Positions 36,070 to 49,544 of a stretch of DNA of 64,000 nt are shown in pieces. The notes beneath the pieces are model-generated. The model had not been told where the DNA came from and ran no database searches. It saw only the letters and a list, made by a program, of their open reading frames with translations. The stretch lies in the NCBI GenBank assembly GCA_965213685.1, contig CBDBZY010000041.1, positions 524,778-588,777 of the forward strand, written 5' to 3'. The position numbers were made by a program, and so were the translations under genes. The DNA is from a bacterium (lineage in GTDB: Bacteria > UBA8248). The number at the start of each line of letters is the position of its first letter. Positions within the stretch are counted from its first letter, which is position 1.

Positions 36070-39000
36070 CTGTAATGAGGTGAATGATGCAGGGAGGGAG
36101 GGAGGGAGAGAGAGAGAGAGAGAGAAGGAGGGGGGAGGGGGAAGGGGGGAGGAGGGAGGGAGAGGGAGGAAGACAGAAGGAATGATGTAAGAACAGTGGC
36201 ATGGAGGGAAGGTGAAAGAGAGTAGAAGTGAGGAAAGGAATAATTAATTTTGTTATACTTTGATCTCGACACAATTCTTTTGATATATCCCTTTAGCTCC
36301 AAGTGTGTGCTGCATGCTACCGCTGTGGAGGGAGCCACGCCGCCAGGGACTGCCGGTACCGTGACAGCATTTGTAACTTCTGTCACAAGAAGGGGTACAT
36401 TCAACATGTGTGCAAAACTCGCCTCCGCCAACAGCGGCAGTCAGCACCCGAGCAGACTCCGCCGCTGCAGGTGGGAGGCCAACAGCAGCATCACACCCAC
36501 AAAGTTGATAGCAAGGCCCCGCCTACAACCACATCTGCCTCATCAACACCTCCTGCACAGCCTTGGACAGTGGACTGCAACATGTTCTTGGTGGAGGCAG
36601 ACAGAGTGGCATCTGTCAAAGCCACAGTTACTACTGATGGTGCCCAGCTGCAGATGGATGTTGACACTGGTGCTGCACTCTTCCTCATCAGCAAAGCCAC
36701 ATACTCCAAGCTGTGGCCAGCTGGCCGAGGCCCCCAGCTAATAAAACCTGCTATCAGACTCCAGACATACACAGGGGAGGAACTAAAGCTTGTTGGGGAG
36801 GCATCCGGTTGGGTCCAATACCAGAGCCAACAGAAGGACCTCAGCCTTGTGGTGGTGAAAGGAACGGGCCCCAGCCTCCTAGGCCGTGATTGGCTGAGCA
36901 AGGTCCGGCTAAACTAGGCCAAAATCCACTCACTGACTACACCACACACACCACCTTAGACCAGGTGCTCACCAAGCACAGTGGCCTGTTCAAGGCGGAG
37001 CTTGGCACGATCAAGGGTGTTGCCGCCAAGTTGCACATCAACCATGATGCCAACCTTGTTTTTACTGCCCCTGCTCTGTCCTGTATGCACTCCGATTAGT
37101 GTAGTTATAGTTAACTATAACTAAAACTAAAATATATTTTAGTAGCATCAAAACAACTATTGTAGCAAAACTAGAACTAGAATTTACAGTTTGCTGGAAT
37201 TGGTGTAACTAAATCTAGAATCGTTATAACCTTCCGCAAGAAAACTAAAACTAAAATTATTGTACCAGTAGATACTAGTATCGTCCGCGCATTAAGCGCG
37301 CGCGCACCCGAAATCGAAGATGTCATTATAGCGCACGTGATCTGCCTCGTGCACTCAACTCATGATCATTTGTGCAGTATAGTATATCATACACGAAGTT
37401 GCAAGCCAGTGAACTGAGTTCCGAGCACGGGTATTAGGCAAGTATAGGGATCTAGCACGTGTTTGAGAATGTTGTCGTCTGACTCCGAGTCCGAAGGTGC
37501 CGGTGTGGCAGCTACCCCCGTATCCTCACGAAGCTTCAGTACATCTCCTTCTCCATCTACAAGTGGAAGAGGTTCTGTTGGGCGTCCTCGCAAAAGCTTA
37601 GTGTGGGACTATTTCACGTACGATTTCAGCAGCAACAAGAGTATATGTCAAGTTAGTTCCGAGTCTCACAGTGATGCTGAAGCCACGAGTCCCATCAGTG
37701 TTTGTGGCCATCGTATTACCGGTAAATTCACCACAAACTTAAGGAGTCATCTGAAGAAAAGCCACACAAATTGCTATAAAGAATTAGTGACAAAAGAAGA
37801 GAGTGCAAAGGAGGAGGAATTGAGAGGGAAGACTAAAGCTGACAAGGGACGTGCTGGGCCTGTGAAGCAATCGACATTGATGGAAGTCATGCAACGAAAG
37901 TATGACAAGACCAGCAGTCGGTGGCAAGACATTACACGCAAGATGGCCATGTTTATTGCCACTAGTAATGTCCCTAATGCAGTTGTGGAGAATGCTGAAT
38001 TTCGGCTTTTGATGGAAACCTTGGATCCTCGCTATCAAACACCAAGTCGAGCAAGGATGGCAAAAGAAATGGATCTACTGATGGCTGATATGAAGGGTAG
38101 AATCAAGGTTTTCCTTGACTCCGCACAGAAGGTATCTGCGTGTACAGATATCTGGACAAAGCGTGGCATGACATCATCGTACCTTGGAGTGACCGCCCAT
38201 TTCTTTTCCAGACATGATCATCGACGTCACTGTGTGACACTTGCAGTACGTGTCTTTCCTCATCCCCATACAGCTGACAGAATTCGAAGTTTGTTAGACG
38301 AAGTCCTCAAGGAATGGGATGTTGACCAGAAGTTCTATTTTGTCATCACAGACAGCGGAAGTAATATGGTCAAAGCTTTTCGGAGTGATGTATTGGCATC
38401 TATCACAGATTACAGTGAAGGGTCAATGGATGAAGATGTTGGTGAAGCGAACAGTGGTGATGATGCAGAAGATGAAGATGAAGATTTTGATGTGGATGAG
38501 GATAATGACTTTGACACCAAAGAAATGCAACATGACATAGTATTTTCACAGTGTGGCAAGCGACTTGCTTGTTTTGCTCATAGCCTTCAGCTAGTTGTCC
38601 AGAAGTTCAAAGATGATTCACTTAAACCTCTCATGAAGAAGGTTTACGCTCTTGTTAAGAAAGTCAACAAGTCATCAAGAGCTACAGGAATTCTGTTGTC
38701 CTTGTGTAACAAAAAGCTGGTTACCAATGTTCCAACTCGATGGAGCTCAACATTTCTGTTGTTAGATCGGCTACTTGATGTGAAGGGTCCACTAAGCACT
38801 GCTTTGGATCAGCTAGAGTGGGACAATCTGGCTCACAGTGAGTGGAAAACTATCGAGATGGTACACAAGCTATTGAAGCCCTTTGCACAGTATACTGCTC
38901 TAATATCAGGAGAAGAGTATACAACTCTGTCAAGTGTCATTCCTATCCTGATGGAGCTGCAACTGCACCTACAGGATATGGTGCAAGTCCCAGAAGTTGC

Positions 39001-42000
39001 TTCAGTAGCCACCACTCTACGATCAGAGTTGAATCGACGATTTCGTAAGTACACAGATCCTGGAGATGAAGATTTTGAGCCAATCTATGTTGTGTCCACC
39101 CTCCTCGATCCACGGTACAAACCACTGATCAATGCAGTACAGATGAAATCAGGAAAAGATGAACTGCTAAGAATGCTCAAAGTCAATGACTTAGACAGCC
39201 AAAGCTCAAGTCAGTCTTCTCCCATCCAGTCTTCTCCCACCCCCTTACCCGAAGAAGAAAGTCCAGTCAAGAAACGTCAACGTTTCAGCTACCTGTCGAA
39301 AGTTCTTGAGGAAAAGTTGCGACAAGGAAAAGAGAAAGCAGCTCGTGAGCCTCATGGAAAACAAGAGCTTGAACGATACTTAGACAGCGTGCCTTCCCTT
39401 GGTGATGATGATGACCCTCTGGTTTTTTGGGTGGAACAGAAGGATGCGTATCCATTACTTTCTACCCTGGCTGCAGATATCATGTGTGCCCCTGCATCAT
39501 CAGCTGCTGTGGAGCGAATATTTTCAACAGCCGGGGAAGCCACAACTGGAAAACGCAATAAGTTAACTCACAAGAACCTTGAACGAGAAGTTCTGATCCG
39601 TAGAAACAAAGAATATATGTATACTTAATGTTTGTGGCTACTGTGTATTACATGCATTCATGCATTTTTTATATGAATATTTCTGTTTTTTGTTGTAATA
39701 ACCGAACCTTTCCATTCAGTAATTAAATAGTTCTCATGTTTAGAAGTATCTGGGAGTAAATTGATTCATTATGAAATTACTTGAACTAAAAGTAGAACTT
39801 ACCTCAGTTTTAGTAAGTAGCACCACAACTAAAATTGAATGCTCCTGATTTACTAAAGCTAAAACTAAAAATTCAAGCATTAGCTAAGAAATACCAAAAC
39901 TAAAACTAAAATGACATTGAAATGCTAATGTGTTACTGCAACTAAAACCAAATAAAAGCAACTAACTAAAACAACACTAACTCCGATCAAGGGTCAATCA
40001 AGCCCTGGAGAGGCTGGAGGCAGCTGGCGTCATCGAGCTATTGCTTTTTCTGAGTGGGCAGCACCCATTGTTCTGGTTGTCAAATGTGATGGTTCCATAT
40101 GAGTTTGTGGCTACTACAAACTGAATCAGGCTGCACACATTGATGCTTACCCCCTTCCCCTTGTGGATGATCTGTTTGCCTCTCTGGCTGGGGGACAAGT
40201 GTTCAGCAAGCTAGACCTTGCCCATGCGTATCAACAACTGCACGTCGACAAAGAGTCCCGCCAGTATGTCGCAATCAACACTCAAAAGGGGTTATTCCAA
40301 TACATCCGTCTACCTTTTGGAGTGGCTGCTGCACCAGCCATTTTTCAGTGCACTATCGAGTTGATTCTGAGAGGACTCCCTCACGTGTGCGTGTATCTTG
40401 ATGACATATTGGTGACAGGAGAGTCAAAGGCAGCACACATCCGCAACTTAAGTGCTGTACTGGAACGTCTGGAGTCTGTGGGTGTTCACCTTAAACGTGA
40501 GAAGTGCGCATTCATGCTCCTAGAGGTCAAGTACCTTGGTCATCGGATATCTGCGAAAGGACTCCAATAGGCCCTGGCACAATTTGCTCGAAAATTTGCC
40601 CAAATGTCTTTTCTTTTTTTCCCACATCTCTTCCCTAAATTTCCCACAGATCATCCTATATTTTCTGACCTAGTGGTGAACTCTCCATCACACATAAGAC
40701 AAACATCATACATATATACATTGTAAAAAGTGAAAAATATGATACTTTATTCATTATTGTTGCACTGCATCATTACTGAAAGTTCTTCCATGGCAAATTC
40801 CTGGCTAGTGTAAAACCTGTTGTTTGAAAGGAAGAATTGTAAATGCACACGTGAGTAGTTGATGAGTCATCTAGTTGATACTTGGTGTGTACAGAGAAAA
40901 CAGTAAGGACCAATCCTTGCTGAAAATTTCTTCAGTTTTTACTGAAACTTCCCAGCAAGGTAGCGCATATATCTTGATTGCTAGAGCCTACCCATTTTTC
41001 CAAAAAATGCCAAGCAATTTGTGCCAGGGCCTAGACTTCAACCCCTGGCAAGCAAGGTCAGGGAGGGCATCCTGGCATCTGCCAAATGAAGAGGCTGCAT
41101 GGCACAAGGGTACATGTATGTCTGGTGGCCAGGGATGGACAATGGAGTTAGCCGTGAGGCATTGTGCCAAGTGCCAAGAGCACCAGAAACTCCCGCCTAA
41201 AGCCCCAATGCACCCCTGGGAGTGGCCAGACCGTCCTTGGGCCTGTGTACACATTGACTATGCTGGGCCCATCCAGGGGAAGATGATTCTGGTGATGGTG
41301 GACACTCACTCTAAGCGGCCAGAGGCACTCTTAGTATCCTCAGCCACTTCTCAGTCCACAATCGAGAAGCTAAGGATAGTCTTTGTCACACACGGTTTAC
41401 CGGAGGTGTTGGTCTGACAATGGGCCAGCTTTCACAAGTATGGAGTTCCGGCTACCTTCACTGAATCCAATGGAATTAAACACCTCACGAGTCCCCCACA
41501 CCATCCGGCCTCGAATGGATTAGCTGAGAGGGCAGTCTAGACAATCAAGACAGCCATCAGGAAAGGTGATAGAGGAGTCAACCTGGAAACCCAGATATCG
41601 AGGTTCCTTTTCCAATATTGCCTAACACCATATTCCACCACAGGTGCAACCCCTGCGGAGTTGTTGATGGGAAGACAGCTTCACTCGAGACTAGACCTGC
41701 TACATCCAGACGTGTCATGTCGAGTTTGTGCTAATCAAGAAAGACAGAAAACGCACCATGACCTTCACTCCTGCCAATGAACCTTCGACGTTGGTGACCC
41801 AGTTTCAGTAAAGAACCAGGGAACTGGCCCACCGTGGCTACCAGGGAAGAGCAGCGAAGTTGTCAGTCCACAGCGCTTCATTGTGCAACTGGCTGATGGT
41901 CGTTGTACTGACCGCCATGTTGACCATGTGAAACGGCGAGTTCTCCAGCCTGAGGGCTGATATGGACATTAGCCAGCCAGACCAGTACACACTGGATGAT

Positions 42001-44686
42001 GATGATCCTCAGTCGAATGTGCCAGACAACTGTCTGCATACTGGTGTGACTCCTACCTGGCAGCCCCCAGGGAGTGAAGCCTCAACAGAGCTACGTAGAT
42101 CAACTTGTGACCGTCACCCTCCCTCTCCCCAATCGTCTTATGTGAACTGGACAGTTATGTATGTTGGCTCTAAAACCATTGTATTAGCACCGTGTATGTG
42201 TCATTTAGGAGAGAGGAGACATGGTATCTTTCATATCACTATGTCATATGTAAATTGTGCATTGTGTATTGCGTGATTACTTGTGGTTGCTTAATTGTAT
42301 CGTCCCTTAAGTCTATTCATTGCTCTGTACATTTTGTCAGTCCATGTATCAGTTGAGTAGCTTACACAGAGTGAGGCTCGGTCTACCCAATACAGGACTA
42401 GTAGTAGCCGTGGTGTTTAGTTCGTTTGTAGGACCAGTGTGAGGATGAACTCCCTAGGTCACTACAGGGCACTCTGCATGTTTCACCACCACACCCAAAC
42501 TTAGCTAGTTGAAAACAGTCTCTACATGCTTCAGTTTAGTTTTGATGCTATTTTAGTCACCACTAGCAAGCCCCGTTGAACGTTGTGAGTATATATCCCT
42601 GTACACACATCGTGCCAAAGGAATGTTTGGAATGTCATTACTACTTGTACATACACATAGGCATAACATACACAGGCTTTTTCATGGAGGGTACAGTGGC
42701 TAAAATGCCATCGAAACTAAACAGAACCACTGTTTTCAACAGGTTACCATCGGGGCAAACTGGTGGTGAACTTGTCTGCTATACATTCTTGATGGCACAC
42801 ATGACCATAATAATTTGACCTTTTGACCCTGTCGAACCACCTCTGGGGTGGAATGAGGAGGAGTAGAGGGTGAGAGGGAGAGAGGGAGAACAGGAGAATA
42901 GCTACAGCTCACAGATCTTGGTGTGGCTGGAGATGTCTTGTACACTGCAGAATTCTTGCTTGCCTAATAAGGGCAATAAAGAAGTGGACAAAAGAAGAGA
43001 ATGAATGCTAATCTGCTTTGTCCTCCTTTCCTCTCTTCCTTGCTTTGTTCCTCTTTGCTTTCCCTCACTATCTTTTGCACTTGGAGCATTACCTGCACAT
43101 CAGCTTGCAGTGGTCCTTGAGGGGTCATCTGAGAGTCACCTTTTGGGCTGGGACTGGGCCTAGGGGGAGTCTGGAAGAGACAGGTTTGCTGCGTTTAGTT
43201 CACTTCAGTTTAGAGAATTACTAAGAATTAAGATACTGCGTAAGAGAATTAAAGATACTGTGTAAGAGAATTAAGATACTACATTTAGTTCATTTCAAGA
43301 GGACCACTAATTACTACATGAACTGAGCGATATGTGCCAATCCTGTCTGCTTCCTAAAGTTGATACTGAGGAGTCCATTACTGGAATCGATACCTCATGA
43401 CTACAATAGGGAGTTGAATCTCCTATACTTAGTATTACATGTATAATCATTCATGCAGACATACACATTATTATGCCATTGCTCACCAACACTTGCTTCC
43501 TAAGCCGTTCAACCTCTGCCTTTAAAGACTGATTCTCCTGTGTCATTCGATGGTTCTCCTGTGTCAGTCGATGATTCTCCTGTGTCAGTTGACGAATCTC
43601 TTGTTTGTTTATCTTCTCCACTGATGCAATCTGATCATTCTTCTCCTGTCCTTGTGACTGCATTTGCTGTTGCAGTGCTCTGATGTGCTGGTTCTTGGAG
43701 AGAATCTGCAGCTCATGTGACTGAATCTGCTGGTTTTGCTCCTTCACTGTCTGCACCAACACCAATCTGTCCATGTGACATTCTGCATCACTGATCTCAC
43801 CCCTGGCCCGCTCCAGTAGCTGCACAACCTGATGGATTGAGGGCCGATCCTCCGGAAAGCTTTTGAGGCATCGCTTGATCATCTGCACAAGAGGATGGCC
43901 ATCACAGAACTGTCTGTAGATCTTTTGCATGTACTCCGCTCGCCGCTCCAGCTCATCTCGAATAACCTGCCTTCGGTGCTCATCTCGGTACACTTGTGCC
44001 AGAACCTTATGGGGGAAGCATTGTGTGAGGGTGAAAATGGCCACCACACCCAGTGAGAAGATGTCGATTGTCATGTCGTATCGAGACTCATCTTCCAGTG
44101 CCTCTGGGGGCATGTAGATGGACGCACCAGGTGCTTTGGTCATGGTGGCTACCCTCAGGCTGGGGACAATCCTAGCCACCCCAAGGTCAGCAATTTTGGC
44201 TGTCATGGCGGAGTTCAAGAGAACGTTCCTCGCGGAAAGGTCCCGATGGATCAACGGCGGAGAACGACTGTGCAGGTAGCAGAGACCTTGAGCGACGTCG
44301 TAGAGGAACGAGTGCTTGAGGCCCAGGGGGATATCGGGCCGAGTCTCCAGTAGGTCGTGGAGGCTGGTCAGCAGTCGCTCCATCACCAGCGCAGGAAGCC
44401 GCGAGCCCGGCAGCACGCAGATGCCGAGAAAGAGGACGATGTGTGGGTGGCGGAGGGTGCTCATGAGTCGGCACTCCTCAACGAACTGGCCTGCCGCCCT
44501 CTCCATCTCAGCCTGCGGTATTTCGGAGCGGTCTTGGAAGATGTCGTGGATCTTCTTGATGGTGCAAACCGCTCCAGGTATCTCCCCCTCCTCCACGCTG
44601 CCGTAGGCTCCTGAGCCGATTCTTGTGCCAGTTAGTCGCACGTTTTGAAGCTGAAACGCCCTGAGCTCGCGAAGGAGATTCGCCAT
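35179..44686 (-). CDS. Kinase/coiled-coil/Kelch protein, copy 3 (4 exons, ~739 aa, intact, 6.8-kb TE-filled intron)
   Basis: Exons 44686-43487, 43170-43093, 42963-42913 and 36069-35179, all phase 0 with GT-AG boundaries and open. Confidence 0.82.
37097..39979 (+). mobile_element. Full-length hAT transposon
   Basis: 8-bp TSD actccgat (37089-37096 and 39980-39987). TIR tagtgtagtt / aacaacacta. Subterminal aactaa repeats. Confidence 0.95.
37469..39628 (+). CDS. hAT transposase (BED zinc finger, DDE, hATC dimerisation; ZBED-like)
   Basis: 719-aa intact ORF. VWDYF..C..C..TTNLRSHLKKSH, TDIWT, ITDSGSN, CFAH, TRWSS, PASSAAVERIFS. Confidence 0.95.
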   Translation: MLSSDSESEGAGVAATPVSSRSFSTSPSPSTSGRGSVGRPRKSLVWDYFTYDFSSNKSICQVSSESHSDAEATSPISVCGHRITGKFTTNLRSHLKKSHTNCYKELVTKEESAKEEELRGKTKADKGRAGPVKQSTLMEVMQRKYDKTSSRWQDITRKMAMFIATSNVPNAVVENAEFRLLMETLDPRYQTPSRARMAKEMDLLMADMKGRIKVFLDSAQKVSACTDIWTKRGMTSSYLGVTAHFFSRHDHRRHCVTLAVRVFPHPHTADRIRSLLDEVLKEWDVDQKFYFVITDSGSNMVKAFRSDVLASITDYSEGSMDEDVGEANSGDDAEDEDEDFDVDEDNDFDTKEMQHDIVFSQCGKRLACFAHSLQLVVQKFKDDSLKPLMKKVYALVKKVNKSSRATGILLSLCNKKLVTNVPTRWSSTFLLLDRLLDVKGPLSTALDQLEWDNLAHSEWKTIEMVHKLLKPFAQYTALISGEEYTTLSSVIPILMELQLHLQDMVQVPEVASVATTLRSELNRRFRKYTDPGDEDFEPIYVVSTLLDPRYKPLINAVQMKSGKDELLRMLKVNDLDSQSSSQSSPIQSSPTPLPEEESPVKKRQRFSYLSKVLEEKLRQGKEKAAREPHGKQELERYLDSVPSLGDDDDPLVFWVEQKDAYPLLSTLAADIMCAPASSAAVERIFSTAGEATTGKRNKLTHKNLEREVLIRRNKEYMYT
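40568..41033. mobile_element. hAT-type MITE
   Basis: TIR taggccctggcacaa. TSD gactccaa/gacttcaa. Confidence 0.85.
43487..44686 (-). CDS. TKL-like protein kinase plus coiled-coil exon (copy 3)
   Basis: ORF 43451-44716. GSGAYG, HRDLSARN, DLG, YMPPE. Confidence 0.92.
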
Positions 44687-45509
44687 ATTGCTCTCTGTGA
44701 GAAAATGAACCAGCAAGGGCCAGTGGGTGGGGCTGGTTTATTCTTGTCACGTGAGGAACGCAAGTATGACGTCACCAAGTATGAATGTATGCGCATTGTG
44801 GTGTATAGGCGCGTGCGTATTGTGTTGAATCTCGTATCACTGTGATATTGGTGTTTTGTCATTTTGCATTACAATGCCTCGGCTTTCAGTTATTCACATG
44901 ATTATAACTCTCACTAGTGCAGCGCCCTCGTCTCATGGTCGTCCACTGAGGAGGTTCGTATGTAGATATTATGGAACTGCAGCACTGAGTTCTCTAGGGA
45001 TTCTCTAGGGAGTAGCCTGCACGAACTAATGGTGAGAGAGAGCGTACGCGTTCCTTATGCAACTGTGCCCAATAATAGCAGCTATTACTCGGCATAACAA
45101 GGACGGCACTCTCTCACCGCTGTTTCAGGATATTCTGTGGAGTCTCAATGTAGGACCAGATGTCTGTGTTGGGAATATTAATAATTATAAATTATACGTG
45201 TAAACAATCAATAATCACCTTCTGCTTGCAGCAATTCCCCCCCCCCCCCCCCCCCCCCCAAGACGTGGATGCGCCGACACATATAATGATGTCTGTGTTA
45301 TATACATGTATGTACACAGCATATTTAAAAGAGGCAGTGTCCTCATGCACGTGACGCTGGTCTATACATGCAGTATGCACCTTGACCACAGAGCTTCCCT
45401 TGCTCACACCAATAGTGATGTAGGGAGATGTAATGAGAATTTGCTTTCTTAACTTTGTAAATAATCATGATGAAATGGACCAGGCATGCAACTTACCTTT
45501 AGATCTGTG

Positions 45510-46466
45510 TAGGCCCTGGCACAAATTGCTCTTTTCCCACATTTCTTCCCTAAATTTCCCACAGATCATCCTGACCTAGTGGTGAACTTTCCATCACACA
45601 TAAGACAAATGTCATGCATATATACATAGTAAAAAGTGAAAAATACAATATTTTATGGTTAAAGTCATCTTCATTTATTGTTGCACTGCATCATTACTGA
45701 AAGTTCAATAGAGCCTTCCATGGTAGATTACTGGCTAGTGTCAAAGCTGTTATTTAAAGGAATAATAATTGTTAATGCATGCATGGCTAGTCGATGAGTA
45801 GGCTTGTCCCAATTATGCTAGCATAATTTTAGAATAATAGGGACAGTTTCAAGTTGAATTAGCATAGAGAATAATGCTGGAATAATGGGTAGGTTTTCTC
45901 AAATTTTAGAGGCGGGGCTCATAATTTGGTGGAAGAGGAATGGGGAACGCCTTCCTAGGTGGTCAAAAGCATGCAAAGACATACTCCTGTTGCAGCCTTC
46001 ATCAGCTGCTGCTGAATGCCATTTTATCGAACTCTCTCAGATCGACAAGAGCTTGCATTCAAAGATTTTGTATATAGAAACCTCTGTGATATTACAATAC
46101 AATTCAAATTTTGTAATGTTTTCATGAGTGTTTTGTTGCATCATGTTCTCGTCAAAAATCATTTAAACATTGGAATAATTGGCAAGTGATTAAAGAATAA
46201 TCGACATGTATTATAGGAATAATAGGTAGGTTTTCAAGCATAAAAGAATAGAATAATAGGCAACTTATTGAGCATAATTGGGACAAGCCTATTGATGAGT
46301 CATCTAGTTGATACTTGGTGTGTACAGAGAGAACAGTAAGAACCAATCCTTGCTAAATATTTCTCCAGTTATTACCAAAATTTCCCAGCAAGGTAGCCCA
46401 TATTTCTTGATTGCTAGAGCCTACTCATTTTCCCAAAAAATGTCGAGCAATTTGTGCCAGGGCCTA
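45510..46466. mobile_element. hAT-type MITE (same family as 40568-41033) with a nested element
   Basis: Same TIR. TSD gatctgtg/gatctatg. Confidence 0.85.
45799..46291 (+). mobile_element. Internally deleted hAT derivative
   Basis: TIR taggcttgtcccaattatgc. TSD tcgatgag/ttgatgag. Remnant WWKRNGERLPRWSKACKDILLLQPSSAAAE. Confidence 0.85.
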
Positions 46467-46719
46467 GATCTATGCAGTGAGTATTTTGTATGAATATACT
46501 TTTATACAATTTTGCAAAGGATACACCAATGTAATAGCATATAAAAATGCACCCATATAATCTAATATACATTATAAGTTGTACCCATACAAGTTTTATA
46601 AGTTGTACATTATAAGTTGTTACCCATATAATCTAATAACTATATTATTATATGCTATAAGTTGTATATATACACTAAATGAGTACAACAAAATTAGGCA
46701 TTACATGTTAGTATATTTT

Positions 46720-47390
46720 ATCATGGCGAAGTTGGGCCCATAAAAGACTTTAACCTACTGCCCCAGCTCTCAAGGCTGGGCACCCAGGATCCTGCTTTCT
46801 TGTTTTTTCGTTTTGTATGTTGTGTCTTTTGTGTTTTATGTGTACTTGAGGTTCTTTCTCTTCGTCTTTCTAACATTTCTGTAGCTAGGATGTTATATAC
46901 ATGTTTTTCCATGTATGGAGGAGTACGATGTAGTTCTTAAATGCCGTAAGTAAATACCACAAGAGCACAATCAACAGGTAAGTTATTCCACATAGTAACA
47001 CATGTAGTTTTTGGCGTAAAAGAGCATTTTAGATGGTTGGTATGGGCTGCAGGTTACTGGTTGTTAGTAGACTTTGATGGTTTGGGAGGTGATTGAATAA
47101 ATGCATTATGAGTCCATGTGCTCATTTTCATTAGCACATTCTTAGGGCAATTTTTGTACTTTTCCAAGGCAGCTGTGTCAGTAGCGATAGATGTGGGTAC
47201 CTATGTGCACCATATTCTAAGTGCACTGCTTGTTCTTACATGCCTAAAGTGGCAGTACCTATTGCTACATGAAATAGGCACTGCACTCTCACTATATGTG
47301 GAGTCTGTGTAAGGTCTTGATCCGATGCCCAGGACTCAGCAACCACAATAATATTATTGGTGAGATGGTGCCTTCTTTGTACCTCTGTGC
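46720..47390 (-). mobile_element. 3' fragment of a LINE (L2/CR1-like), decayed
   Basis: ...CSFTPKTT...MWNNLP resembles the SF.P.T...WN.LP C-terminal motif. Confidence 0.4.
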
Positions 47391-48050
47391 TAAGTAACAG
47401 TAGTACAGCATGTGCAGAATAATATAATTCAACCTTGGTACAGTTAACTCAGTTGCAAGCACTCAACCATAATGTACAATTGCATGAGCAGTTGTAAGTT
47501 GCATATTTTTATATATCCCATGCTCCCTATGAAATGTGTAGGGTGTCTCCAGAGTTATGTTTGATGCAACAGGTGCTTGAAACACGATGAGTAAGCAGCA
47601 TACCTTTCATGCACCATCAGTGCCATAGTCATGGACAATCAGTGCTATGTCATGCTCAATCAACTGGAGGTGTTTTTCAAGCAGAGAGAAGAAAGTAATA
47701 ATAGCATGCTGATTCAGATTAAGACTTTCTGAACTTGCCTCCTGTCTGCCTGAACTGCCCACCATGCATGCTGGTGGTTGAAAGATGGCGTATAGAGAAA
47801 GACTGCCAGCTGTTGTCTCATTTTCTTTGTCATTGTGGTCTGTCATGGCCACACCGTAACATTGGATGCTTGTCCTTGTCTTCTGTGGGTTCTCTAGTAC
47901 TGTCATACCATAAAAATATTATAGATAATATAATTATACTGTACTTGAAGTTCATTTCATGAGCACCTGCTCACACCTGCGATTGTTTGTGAGCATATAG
48001 GGGGACGCTGGACATAATTATAGAGAAAGAATACGTATTGCAGCCACTAC

Positions 48051-48475
48051 TAGGCCTTGATGGATTGATAATAATAGGCAGCAGAAAGAATTCCAGGATA
48101 ATAGGTAGTCATTTTGATCCCAAAAATAATAATAGGTAACTTTTGCAGTCATATGAATGGTAAGTCACATCCTGTCCAGATTTTGATATCCCTGTGGTCT
48201 ATTGTTACCGGCAGTTATTGTTTCTACTAGTATACCTTTGTTTTTTGCCACCTGCATCAGCAGAGTCACGTGTGCAGGCTGCAGTCCACGAATAACTATA
48301 TCACTAGTGTGTATATGTACTGTTTGTGATGCTACTGGACCAGTTCTGGTTAAACTTTGTATTACGTTCTGGTACAATGAAAAGCATAATATACAATGAA
48401 AAGGATAATAGGTAAGACTTTCAAGAATAGATCTACAAGAATAGAATAATAAAGGGAAAAATCCATCAAGGCCTA
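48051..48475. mobile_element. hAT-type MITE
   Basis: TIR taggccttgatggatt. Perfect 8-bp TSD gccactac. Confidence 0.88.
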
Positions 48476-49392
48476 GCCACTACTATGTCGACAGCTGAGC
48501 TGTATGGTACAGCTCACATAATTATGTGATAGCAAAATTAATGATTATGTCTATAGCTACTTCATCCTCTCACTAGACCAGACTGAAACAGCTCTTAGAT
48601 ACGTGTAGACTTTGATCGGGTTGATTGCTGTCAGGTCGTCAACTACCTCCTTGAGTACTAGCGTCATCTGGGATCATATAATACAGTACGTTGTACTGTA
48701 TCAATGCTTACTAGGATGGTAAGAATGCGGGAAGCTGTTCTCTATCTGTTGTGCTGCTATATAGTCCTTGAACACGCAATGAAAGGAGCCCCACCCACTT
48801 TCACATCTGATGCCAGTTTGTGGCATGACGTCACTCAGAGCGGTACCTCCAGCTCCCACAGCACTGCACTTCCCGCACATCACATTGCCTGCTCACGTGA
48901 TCCCCCACTTTCTTGCCCCTCATTCTCCTTCTCCTCCAGTGGTGCTTGGAATACTCAGCCATGTAGAAAGAAGTTAGTATAACTAGCCTACCCCTGGCCC
49001 TTGCCCCATCAAATGACCAAGTTAATGAGCCAAACTCCCCTCAGGTATTGCTCAGGCTCAGTGCTGCTAAGTGTGCACTGCTGTACTAGGCAAGCAATTT
49101 GACCAATCAATGTCTACCATATCTGCTAGCAATAATCGTGTAACTTCCACAGATCAAGATAGCTGATGTACGTGTACAGTACATGTAAATACAAATAGAG
49201 ACCACTCACATGTACATGCACACACAAATTGTTCTCCAGTCCAGTGGCTACATACAGGGCAGAGGGAGAGTACAGAGAGCACCAACTAACAATGCCACAC
49301 ACTTTGAATGAATAACATTGTAATGATTAGCAGCAGCACACATGTAAGTCCATCTCACAAAACAATTATTATGCAGTACATTTTGATAACAA

Positions 49393-49544
49393 TCATTTTG
49401 AGGACTCCTCATACACACTCCTCCTGTACTGTCCTCTGTCTGGTAGTATGTACAGGGCAAGACTGTCGATGACTGTGGCAGTGAGAGTGAGGAGACCCAT
49501 CCCAGACACCAGGTGGAGGAGGAGGGTGGGCAGGGAGAACCGGC
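49393..49544 (-). pseudogene. P2X receptor terminal exon (TM2 and C-tail), orphan copy C, open
   Basis: GRFSLPTLLLHLVSGMGLLTLTATVIDSLALYILPDRGQYRRSVYEESSK*. Confidence 0.72.

Larger units (their letters stand above)
36296..42526 (+). mobile_element. Degenerate Ty3/Gypsy LTR retrotransposon, 5'-truncated
   Basis: Zinc knuckles CYRCGGSH..C and CNFCHKKG, protease VDTGA, RT YLDD, integrase PWEWPDRPW..VHIDYAGP, PPT ggagagaggaga at ~42208 before a probable LTR. Many stops. Confidence 0.88.
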
